Below are positions 53,776 to 64,000 of a DNA stretch of 64,000 nt, piece by piece. The notes under the pieces were generated by a model that was not told where the DNA came from, made no database searches, and was given only the letters and a program-made list of their open reading frames with translations. Both the position numbers and the translations under genes were made by a program. Origin of the DNA: Podarcis gaigeae. Its lineage: Eukaryota. Location of the stretch: assembly GCA_964106915.2 (NCBI GenBank), contig OZ066920.1. One strand, given 5' to 3'. Numbering within the stretch: the first letter of the stretch is position 1; the number at the start of each line of letters is the position of its first letter.

Positions 53776-53777
53776 AA
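53730..53777 (+). repeat. (GAAA)12 microsatellite
   Basis: Direct reading. Confidence 0.95.
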
Positions 53778-54101
53778 ACAATTTAGCACTGTCTCCACTC
53801 AAATATGCTATGCTGTGGTCCTAGATCATCACCCTAAGTCAGCATGAAGATAGGCATCTAGATAATTCAGACTGAGGCTTCCACAATTTGCAGTTTTCTC
53901 CCTCAACAACTGCTGAAAAATCCATCCCATTAGGTTGCTCTGCAGCAGTAGCTGCTCAGTATTACTCCCTCCCTACATTCCTGGTAACATGGCATGAATT
54001 GTCTAGAATGCCAGCTTGATAACATCCACTATTTACAAATAAACTCTCAAACAACTGATAACACACCTAATTGCACAAAAAGAAAATGCAATATAACTCA
54101 C

Positions 54102-56531
54102 CGTGCTGCCATTTTCATTTTCAGAAATTAAATTGCCTCCACTGACCATCAAAGAAATGTCAGAGTTGCCATTGCAAAGGAGGTTCTCTGCTATTTGGAC
54201 AGTGGGCTGCAGGAATGTCAGCTCATTCCTCCTGGATTCAGAGGACAGACAGACCTGGTAGGAATAAGGCAAAGTTCCATCCTCATAATTGGGTGGGAAT
54301 ATGGCACCAGCCTTTGAGTGGGGGTCAGGAATAAAGCACTGAAGGAAAGTGGGGTTCCTTGACCTTCGAAGCTTCATCAGAATGGTCAGAATCACTGTCA
54401 CCAGGAACAGAAAGGACACCAAGGTCAAGGCCAATACCAAATAAAACTGTAGATCAGACTGATACTCTGAGTCATTTGGTTGGAAGTTCATTTCCGGAAG
54501 AGCCTCCTGGAAGTTCTCAGCAAACACCAGGCTCAAAGTTGTGGTGGCTGAGAGAGGAGGATGCCCATTGTCTTTCACCAGGATGACCAGCCTCTGCTTC
54601 ACTGCATCTCTCTCAAGTAATGCTCGGACTGTGCGCACCTCTCCTGTGTGGGAGCCAATGCTGAAGAGTGAGGGCTCTGTGGCCTGCAGGAGATGGAAGG
54701 AGAGCCAGGCATTGTGTCCCGAATCAGAGTCCACGGCCACCACCTTCGTCACAAGATAACCCGACTCAGCTGACCGAGGCACCATCTCAAATAAAGGTGA
54801 GCCCTCTGTTGATTGTGAGGGGTACAGGATCTGCGGAGCGTTATCATTTCGATCCAAAACACATACTGTCACTGTGGCACTGCTATTGAGTGGTGGAGAA
54901 CCTCCATCTTGGGCCTTCACTTGAATCTGAAACTCCCTGAACTGCTCATAGTCAAAGGAGCGTTGGGCATAGATGATCCCAGTCTCAGAGTTAATGGAGA
55001 CATAGGAGGAGAGAGGCAGGTCCTTGATGTTGCTGTGAAGGATGGAGTAAGTGATTCTGGCATTGCGATCCAGATCTGGGTCAGAGGCCTTGATGTGGAA
55101 AATGGAAGCTCCAGATGGGTTGTTCTCTGGAACATAGGCAGTGTAGGAAGATTTTTCAAAGGCTGGTGGGTTATCATTGATATCTGAGATCTGTATAGAT
55201 ATGGTTTTGTGTGTGGAGAGTGGAGGGGTACCTTTGTCTGAGGCTGTGATTGTAATATTATACTCGGGAGTCCTTTCTCTGTCAAGGGCACCATCTATGA
55301 GGAGCTTGAAGTAATTACTCGAAGATGAGACTATCAGGAAAGGTACAAGTTCCTTCAGGTGACAGGTGACTTGTCCGTTATCCCCAGAATCCCTGTCCTG
55401 AACTTTAATGAGAGCAATCACAGCTCCAGATGTGACATCTTCCGGAACTGGGCTGGACACGGATGTGAGGATCACATCTGGAGCATTGTCATTCTCATCA
55501 AGAACCTCAATCTCCACATTGCAATGTGCCACCAAGCCTCCTCCATCACTTGCCTGAATTATCATCACATATTTTTGTCTGTCCTCAAAATCAACACTTT
55601 CTATAAGTGTGATTGTTCCATCTCTGGGATCCAGATGAAACTTCTGCTTGGCTGTTTTTGGGATGTCACTGAAAGTGTAAGTGATCTCGGCATTGGACCC
55701 TTCATCACTGTCAGATGCTTTGACTTGAAGCACAGAGGTTCCTTTGGGTGCACTCTCCTTCAGGCTCACTTTATAGATTGTCTGGGTGAAAACAGGGGCA
55801 TTGTCATTATTATCAATAACTGTTACCAATATTTTGGCTGTTCCGGTTTTTGGAGGTTCTCCACCATCCATGGCTGTAAGTACCATGTTATGCATGTGTT
55901 CTTTTTCCCTGTCCAGTTGTTTCTGCAATATTAATTCTGCATATTTTCCGCCAACATTGCTGTTTTGAATTTCTAGTTTGAAATATGGAGTTGAGCTCAA
56001 CTGATAATTCTGGAGGGAGTTTATTCCGATATCATCATCTTCAGCATTTCCAAGAGCAAATCGAGTTCCCGGCAGAGTAGACTCACTCAATTTAAGCTCA
56101 ATATTTTCATTCTGGAAATGTGGAGCATTGTCATTAATGTCCTGGATTAAAATATTTACGTGGAAAATATTCAAAGGATTGTGTGCCACAACTTCTAATT
56201 CGAGGACACAAGTGGATGATTCCCCACAAATCTCTTCCCGGTCTATCCTCTCATTCACATACAGGTTGCCATTTTGTTCATTCAGGTCAAAGAATGGCTT
56301 TTCTGAAGAAATGCCAAGCTTGCGCTTTGACAGCTCTCTGAGATCCAACCCCAGATCTTTAGCAAGGTTCCCCACAAAGGAGCCCTGCTCTGCTTCCTCT
56401 GGAACTGAATATTGAACCTGCTCAGACCCCACCTGGCAGAAGAACACAGACCAGAATATGAACAGAAACAGTACTTGCCTCTTGCTGATCTTCCTTGTTC
56501 TCTCTACCTGCTTTATTTCCATAACATCCAT
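54102..56531 (-). CDS. PCDHGB: Protocadherin gamma B-like variable exon 10
   Basis: ORF 54033..56531; GTLPYSY; donor ACG|GTGAGT at 54102/54101. Confidence 0.93.
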
Positions 56532-56760
56532 TGTTGTTTCTGATTTCCTCCTTCTTTTACTTCAGTTTTCAAGACTCCCAGTACACTTATTTGAGATAAT
56601 AGAAATATTGTTCTTTTGAGTTGATCTTTGGGAAACTGAGAGCTTTCCTTTCTCAAGCGGCTTTTAAAATAAAAGCTTTTCCTTTCTACTGAGCTGAAGT
56701 GTTAAGAGAGAGAAACTGCTCCAAGAGTCTCAGAAATGCTGAGCCATGGCTGCTCCCACG

Positions 56761-56800
56761 TTGTCCAACAGTGACACTCTGAGTCCACACGGGAACTGTT
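56761..56800 (-). promoter_or_regulatory. CSE / CTCF site, exon 10 (CACT, spacer 1 nt shorter)
   Basis: CAGTTCCCGTGTGGACTCAGAGTGTCACTGTTGGACAA. Confidence 0.8.
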
Positions 56801-59253
56801 TTTGCTATTTCTGTAATTCTACATGGAATTTTATCTCTAAAGTAGGGAATTGCTTGTAATATAAGTTCACCTTTAAATGCAATCAGAAACAAATTTCTTC
56901 TCCATCACTTGTGTGCACCCTCTTCGCTTCCCAGTCCCTCACCATTCAGCAGCATTGCTTTATTTTCTTTCTTTAAAAAGAAATTTAAAAAACCCAAGAA
57001 AACCATAGGAATAGTAGAGAGGGGATGTCTGTTTGTGAGAAGGGCTCATCAGATATAGAAAGTTTGTTTCCAGAGGCTTCTAAAGAAATTGTGGTCTTCT
57101 AGATCATTTAAGTAGTGTAATTCCTTGTCAGGGTACACAGGATTTGTCAATGTCTCCTTTATTGGATCAGGAGGCAGAGGGAAATACACTTTACATCCTC
57201 TCTGGCAGGAAATTCCACTTCTGTGCATACTCAGGAACATCATTTCTGGTTCAAGATTAGGACTTTCCTACCTCTGCCCATTGACAGTTACTACCAGCAC
57301 CCCACACAAAGGTAATTTTTTTTTACTTGAAAAAGGGAAGAAACGGCAGGGAGGTTTAGCTAACGGTACTGATGAACCCCATTTATACTTGAAATTAATT
57401 CAAAGAAAACTGGGTCCTCACTGAACTAAAGCGATTAAAAAGGATGGGAGAGCTTATATTTAAAATCTGGACTAAAGCTAGCTGCACTCTTTATAAAAGA
57501 GATAACATGTAATACATTAGTATGTTATTTGCTATCTGTCTTTTACCCAGTTTAAACATAGCATTAATACCTCTATACTTTTGCATTATTCTGTTTAAAA
57601 GGTTTCTGTAAAGGAATAAAATACTGAAAGACCAAACTAACCAATGTGCATGTGATCAATGTGATCAAAATATTTTACCACTTTTATTTACAATAATGTA
57701 AAGCAACTATTTCTAGCACCATTTCCCCCGCAATGTTCCCAAGTAATAAATCATTTCCAGTTTCTCTCATACAATTTTGTGTGAATCAAAGCATCCCCAC
57801 CTCCGCTCCAGTGTAGTTTTCATTCTGCAATGAATGGACTTCCAGGACATTGTCACAAATGGTCACCCCTACAATATATCCAAAGTTCAGCCCCTACCAC
57901 TTACAGCTGTGTCAATAACTTGGCACAAGCCGTATAATGTTGTTTGGGGACATCTCTCTAACCAAGGACAGTTTTCTTGTGAGTTTCTTAATGGGGTCAG
58001 AAACACATCCCACAAATAAGTGTTTTCCGGCTTGGGATTTTTGGACATTGTCAAGCACTCTTCTTCTGACACCACAGACACATATATTTTCTGGGATTCA
58101 AAATTCTACCCTCACCTTATATTGGAAATCTCATTGGGGTAGAACCCCCCCCCCCAAAAAAAAAGTTAGTATGTTGCTGTTGTTTTCTGACATATTTCTT
58201 TTTTATTCCCAGAGTCCCCTCCCCAATTAAGTCTCCTTATCTTATCATTCTAAAATATACAAACATCAATAATATCTCAGTCAATAAAAGGCTAAGTAAA
58301 ACCGTAACTGCTTTTGGAAAATGACATAATAAGCCTTTTGGCAATGGGAATATCAATATCAGCTTTCTGGAGAAAGGGGTTACTTACTATCAGAGAAGTC
58401 CCTATGAAGTACCATGGACATGCAAACAAGTCCACCAAAGTTACTTGCTGACTAGATGTTTGACTATCCTATCTGTCCATGCAGACCACAGTAGGTATTT
58501 GTAGCGTACAAGCTGCTTGAAAGAAAAAGAAAAATGAATCAGTTTGCAGGTTAAGAGCTTGTCTGTCTGAATGACTGGCGTGGACACTGACCTGTCATAG
58601 GCCGCTAGTTTCTAGTGCTCACCGAGGCAGTAAACCTATGTCTTGGCAGTACCGAGATAGGTGGCAGCTCACATTTATATACTCATTTATTCATATACCA
58701 GCTGTCTATCCATCCATCCCAACGTTTGGAAATGTCATGCAGAAATGAGATAAAAACAAAATACAACAGTCAAAGTTAAAACAATTAAGAATGCACCAAA
58801 TCCATCCGGAAATTAAACAAGAACCCACATACTGAAGTCTTGATCAATACTGGTCAGGAAATACATTTCCACATAAAAACTAGGTGAGAGGAATAAAATT
58901 AGGCTAATAACTGGCTCCCAGACACGATTGTTTGCAACATGTAGGGAACTATGTTTTCTTATAGAGGAGCATTCTGTTTTATGAGCCCCCACTAGCAGTC
59001 CGAAGTAATACAAATGAGGCAAAGATTGGTCACCTGATGCATCAAGATAAAGATTTGATGAAAGAAGATCATTCACAGAAGGATCTCATATCCAGTGATG
59101 ACTAAAAGAAAGCGGGGGGGGGGGGGGAAGGCTGAAAGGAATAAAAAGAAGACTGGCATAGTTCTGAATATAATGAGAAAGCACAGGCAGACGGGAAATA
59201 TATTCTGATATTAACAAAACAAAAACATTGTTTATCAAAAATTGTTTGCTCAC

Positions 59254-61656
59254 CTGGACTACGATTAAGCCTTCATTGTTCAAGTTTAAATCTTCACCAG
59301 GTAGGATTGGATCCTTTGCCTCACAAGCTTCTTTATTGTTCAGAGTATTGGAATAATTTGCCTTTCTAGAGTCTGTAGTGAGAGAAACCTCCTGGCAGTA
59401 GGAGTGCAGAAATGCTCGGACTCCGTCAATCCCCACAAACTGTGAGACGGGAGCCCCACTGAAATTCACACTCCCCGACTCAAACAGTTGAGAATTTCTC
59501 CACCTGTGCAACTTGATGGCCAGTAACACAAGGAGGAAAGTGAAGAACAAGCAGGAGACAAAAGCCACTGCAAGGACCAGGTAGAAGGTGAGGTCAGACG
59601 GAGGCTCTACAGGAGCTGAGATGCTGCTCAGGTCTGAGAGGATTGCAGGGATGGTGTCAGCCAGCACCACAGTCAGAGTGGCTGAAGCAGAGAGAGGTGG
59701 TTGCCCATTGTCCTTCACTAAAACCACCAGGCTTTGCTTGAGGGCATCTTTCTCCAGAAAGAAGCGGGCCGTCCTGATCTCTCCTGTGTGGAGCCCCAGA
59801 GTGAAGAGCCCTGGCTCGGTGGCCTTGATCAGCTGGTAGGAGAGCCAGGCATTCTGGCCAGAGTCCGCATCCACGGCCACCACCTTAGTGACCAGGTAGC
59901 CTGGCTCAGAGGAGCGAGGGGCCAGCTCTATCCCTGTGGAGCCGTCAGTGGGAGGAGAGGGGTACAGGATTTGGGGAGCATTGTCATTCTGGTCCAGGGT
60001 GAAGAGAGTCACTGAGACGTTGGAGCTGAGTGGTGGAGAACCTCCATCCTGAGCCATTACATAGAACCGAATGTCTCGAAACTCTTCATAATCAAAGGAG
60101 GTCAGAGCATATATAACCCCTGTCTCAGAGTTAATGGAGAGGTAGGAGGAGAGGCGGGAATCACTTCCTTGGTCATCAGTGATGGAATATGTTATTCTGG
60201 AATTCTCTTCCCAGTCTGGATCACTTGCTTTCAGGGAAAAGACTGAGGCTCCTCTTGGATTATTTTCTAGGAGATAAGAGGTGTAGGCTGACTGTAAAAA
60301 GACTGGGGGATTGTCATTTGTGTCTAACAGCTGCAGTGAAATAATTGCAGAGGTTGATAATGTCGGTGTCCCATTATCAGTTGCTGTAATAGCGATGTCA
60401 TAGGTTGCCACTTGTTCCCTGTCAAGGGCTCTGTCTGTCACTAAAGTGTAAAAGTTGTCCATTGTTTTCTTTAGTTGGAAAGGAAGGCTATTGGGAATTG
60501 AGCATATAACCTCCCCATTGACTCCTGAATCTCTGTCTTGGACATTTAAAATGGCAATGACAGTTCCAGCTGGTGTGCTCTCAGACACAGCGTTGAGTAC
60601 AAAGGTTATTGCTATTTCAGGTGCGTTATCATTTAAGTCTTTTACAAAGATAACAACCTTTGATCTGTTACTTAGACCACCACCATCAATGGCTTGCACC
60701 TCAAATTCATATAAAGATGATATTTCAAAGTCAAGGCTTCCTGCAAGGGTAATGTCTCCCGTTGTTGAATTCAATAGAAACATTTTAGAAATCTTCTCTG
60801 TGTTTTTTCCAAAGGAGTATTTTACCTCTCCATTGATTCCTTCATCTATATCGGTGGCTCGCACTGTGCAAACTAGAAACCCTTTAGGAACATTTTCCTT
60901 TATGTTTGCTTCAAAGATCTGTTGTGTGAAAACCGGTGCATTGTCATTTGCATCTAGAACAATCACATGAATTTGAGCAGTACCAGATCTCACTGGATCA
61001 CCCCCATCAGTAGCTGTGAGGATTAGATCATAATCTGGTTGCTCTTCCCTGTCCAGAAGTTTCTCCAGCACCAGCTCAGCATGTCTTGCCCCATTTTCTC
61101 CTGTCTGCACATGCAGAGAAAAATGGCTACTGCCTGCGAGTTGATAATCTTGTATAGAATTTATCCCTAGATCTGGATCCTGAGCTATGGGTAAAAGAAA
61201 ACTGTCTCTGAGTGTTGATGTCTCACTGATTTTCATTTTCCATTCCTTTGGTAGAAACCAGGGTGCATTGTCATTTATATCTGTAATTTCCACTTCAATA
61301 CCATAAAGTTTTAATTTACTTTCAATAAAAACCTGCAACTTCAATATGCATTTGTCTGCCTCTCCACAGATTTCCTCTCTATCTATTCTCTCAGAAATCT
61401 GTAAATGGCCATTGTTGACATTCAAAGCAAAATACTGAACCATACCTACACTGGAAACAATGCGGAGTCCATGGTCTGAAAGCTGCTTGCCATCCATTCC
61501 CAGGTCCTTTGCAACATTCCCCACAAAAGAGCCTTTCTGCATCTCCTCAGGAATGGAATAGCGGATCTGCCCAGAAATTAGCTTCCAGATAGTCACCATG
61601 ACAAGGCATTCAAGGATTCCTTTTCTGCAACTCCCGAGTCTCTGGGTTTCTTCCAT
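59254..61656 (-). CDS. PCDHGA: Protocadherin gamma A-like variable exon 11 (chimeric)
   Basis: ORF track 59086..61695 starts at TTG; the ATG matching paralogs (MEETQR) is at 61656; [10 protein letters not shown]; donor CAG|GTGAGC at 59254/59253. Confidence 0.92.
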
Positions 61657-61870
61657 GATTTTGTACCAGGATAAAAAAATGCTGGTTCTGTTCAAGAGCT
61701 CTACCCTTTGTTCTGCTCCTAGTTGCAGTTCAAAATAGCCAAATTGTTTCTAAGCAAAACTTCCTTCAGTTTTGCTTTCTGTACTGTTATGTTCAGCCTC
61801 GCCTCAGTTATTGTGTCCTGCACTGTAATAGCTAAGGTTGTGAGGCTAGATCTTTTACTTTTTTTGCTTA

Positions 61871-61911
61871 TTGGTGAACAGTGACACCATGAGGCTCAAT
61901 ACAAAACTGCA
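61871..61911 (-). promoter_or_regulatory. CSE / CTCF site, exon 11 (CACT variant)
   Basis: TGCAGTTTT-N6-AGCCTCATGGTGTCACTGTTCACCAA, ~225 bp upstream of ATG. Confidence 0.8.
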
Positions 61912-62162
61912 GAAGCCTTATTTTGGAATCCTAAATACTATACATTTTCTTCCATAACTCCTTCTATTCTTTATAGTATTATCAGGAAATTTCAGTTGAC
62001 TGATCTTTTTGTCCAATACATTAACAGATATATAGTTCATATATAGTTCATATAAGCCAGTTTTGTCATTAAAAAAAAATCACAATAGGTATTTTTTTCT
62101 CAGGTGTTCTCATGTTTACTCCCAGTCTTATTTGTACCTGAATATTGAATATTATAAGCATA

Positions 62163-62389
62163 CAGTAGTACCTCTAGTTACGAACTTAATTCATTCCAGA
62201 GGTCCGTTTTTAACCTGAAACTGTTCTTAACTAGAGGCCTGCTTTCGCTAATAGGGCCTCTTGCTGCCACACAATTTCCATTCTCATCCTGGGGCAAAGT
62301 TCTCAACTCGAGGTAACTCTTCCAGGTTAGTGGAGTTTGTAACCTGAAGCGTTTGTAACCTGAGGCATTTGTAACTTGAGGTACCACTG
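62163..62389. mobile_element. Tc1/mariner-type MITE
   Basis: TIRs CAGTAGTACCTCTAGTTAC / CAGTGGTACCTCAAGTTAC (rc), TA on both sides. Confidence 0.88.
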
Positions 62390-63521
62390 TATAACCAAGG
62401 ATTTGGCAGGTGATTATACTATGATATGTTCAATTCAGTCCTGCTCATCTATGTATGCTGATCTATCATGTGCAGTTTTCTAATCATTCTTCCCTCCTGC
62501 TCCCATTTCCTTCTCAGAGTTAATTCTTTATTTGACCTTCACATGCAGTTACATTTGTGTGATTTACCCCCAACCCTGTCCAAGTGGTTCTGTCTTTCAC
62601 AGGCAGCTCTTAGATGCAGGGGATTGCATAATGGAAAGTCAGCTTCCACAGGACTGTGCTTGAAAAATAATCATGCATCCTCTTTCCTCTCCATCTTTCC
62701 CTCCATCAGTAATCCCATGTGTCCAGCTTCTCTTTCTTCGGTTCCCATTTGATAGTTCCTAACTTTGAGATGAGAAGTTTCCATTAAATCCAGTAAGTAG
62801 AACTGCAGAGCTTTTTCAGTGAAAGCCAATAATCAGAACAAGATTAATGGAACTAAAGTGTCCAAGAACTAAGACTTGCACCCTGCCCATCATGAGGATA
62901 GCTATTCATTCTAGTACCATAATAATCTGAAACTGGTGTTTTGAAACAAGAGCTGTATTGAGGGTATCAAGAAGGCGCTTTTGTTTTCACACCATTACAT
63001 TCTGAGGTAGCAGATTTGAATTTTTTAAGTCTCCATTGAAGTGGGGAAACAATTTCAATAATCTATCCCAGACACTTCCAGTTTGCTGTTGTATTACATT
63101 ATCCTCTTATGACTTTATCACTGACAGCTCTTCTTTTGGAGGCTTGGTTGTTCTCTGAAGTCAACTCAATTTGACCATCAACTCAGTCACTTCTTTGATT
63201 TATAGCTAACCAACAATATTCTCAAATGAACATATCTCACATCATGGCCACTGGGAGGTGTGACTACAATTATCTGAAATCCCACCCGTGATTCCATAGG
63301 CACCCATATCTAGAAATGTGGTAACTTTACTGTGTAGTTGGGAGGCTACAGGTATTCAGATGGCCTCTCATGAGGTATGCTTTTAAGTAGGCACCATGTA
63401 GAAGGTAAGATAATGAACACCAGTGTCTCTTCTACTTCCTGCTGAAGTTGAGACCTGAAACATCAGAAACAGAAGCCTAGCTGGATGCCGTTTGAGTTGT
63501 GGTGAAAGCTGGCGAAGCACA

Positions 63522-63785
63522 AGAATCATAGAATCATAGAATCATAGAGTTGGAAGAGACCACAAGGGCCATCGAGTCCAACCCCCTGCCAAGCAGGAAA
63601 CACCATCAGAGCACTCCTGACATATGGTTGTCAAGCCTCTGCTTAAAGACCTCCAAAGAAGGAGACTCCACCACACTCCTTGGCAGCAAATTCCACTGTC
63701 GAACAGCTCTTACTGTCAGGAAGTTCTTTCTAATGTTTAGGTGGAATCTTCTTTCTTGTAGTTTGGAACCATTGCTCCGTCTTCT
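63522..63785 (-). mobile_element. CR1 LINE 3' end (young, 5'-truncated)
   Basis: (ATTCTATG)n tail; encodes [49 protein letters not shown], the CR1 ORF2 C-terminus. Confidence 0.92.
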
Positions 63786-64000
63786 AAATAGCATGCCTCT
63801 TGCTTGGGAGCTGCTTTCCTCCAAACAGACTCCATGCAGCTGGGGCATAATGAGTGAGCTGATCACGCAGGTCCTACCCACATAAACTGAACACACTCCT
63901 CTTGCATAAACTCAACCTACATGGCTTCTCACTTAGATCCCATCTGCATAGGGTCTACTCATAGAAAGCAGCTCCCTCATGCCTAATAATAGCTAATAAT

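Larger units (their letters stand above)
52995..58190 (+). repeat. Tandem duplicate of ~47340..52990 (gammaB exon + promoter + upstream)
   Basis: Offset ~5545 across exons 9/10; flank 51250-52930 matches 56795-58190. Confidence 0.9.

Noticed and set aside
4974-60970. Many recurring 60-205 aa antisense or alternate-frame ORFs inside the exons (e.g. 5974..6591, 55359..55934, 60455..60970)
   Set aside because: Shadow frames of the Pcdh coding sequence; they recur only because the exons are duplicated, often start at non-ATG codons and vary in length between copies
61657-61695. 13-aa N-terminal extension of exon 11 in the ORF track
   Set aside because: TTG start; the paralog-aligned ATG is at 61656
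1-64000. Constant exons, C-type exons, alpha-type RGD or exonic CTCF sites, tRNA/rRNA genes, CRISPR arrays
   Set aside because: None seen by eye: no QAPPNTDW-like constant exon, no RGD in EC1, and the locus is eukaryotic with no repeat-spacer array

Overview
Vertebrate (squamate, probably lacertid lizard, inferred from the Sauria SINE, BovB, CR1 and Penelope fragments) clustered protocadherin-gamma locus, variable-exon region, all on the minus strand. Eleven ~2.4 kb variable first exons (one cut off by the left edge) encode signal peptide + 6 cadherin repeats + TM + variable cytoplasmic segment; each complete exon ends in a phase-0 GT donor, and every exon has its own promoter with a CSE/CTCF element ~180-290 bp upstream of the ATG. 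In + coordinate order (exons numbered 1-11 here) the array is A,B,B',A,B,A,B,A,B,B,A (5 gammaA-like, 6 gammaB-like), built by recent duplication of [A+B] cassettes and overlaid by patchwork gene conversion. The constant exons are not in the window (expected beyond coordinate 1). Intergenic DNA holds a solo LTR, TA-flanked Tc1/mariner-type MITEs, BovB, CR1, a Sauria SINE and a Penelope fragment with a minimal hammerhead core. Most interesting: (i) a GC/CpG-rich solo LTR 285 bp past exon 4's donor, apparently pointing antisense through that exon towards its promoter, with an intact 116-aa U3 ORF containing an HMGN-like RRSARL motif; (ii) 8 of 11 CSEs have lost the CpG of the CGCT box (CACT); (iii) short conversion tracts that reshuffle EC2/EC3 residues among near-identical isoforms, plus a chimeric exon. 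All alignments were done by eye; repeat family names come from recalled consensus similarity, not searches.
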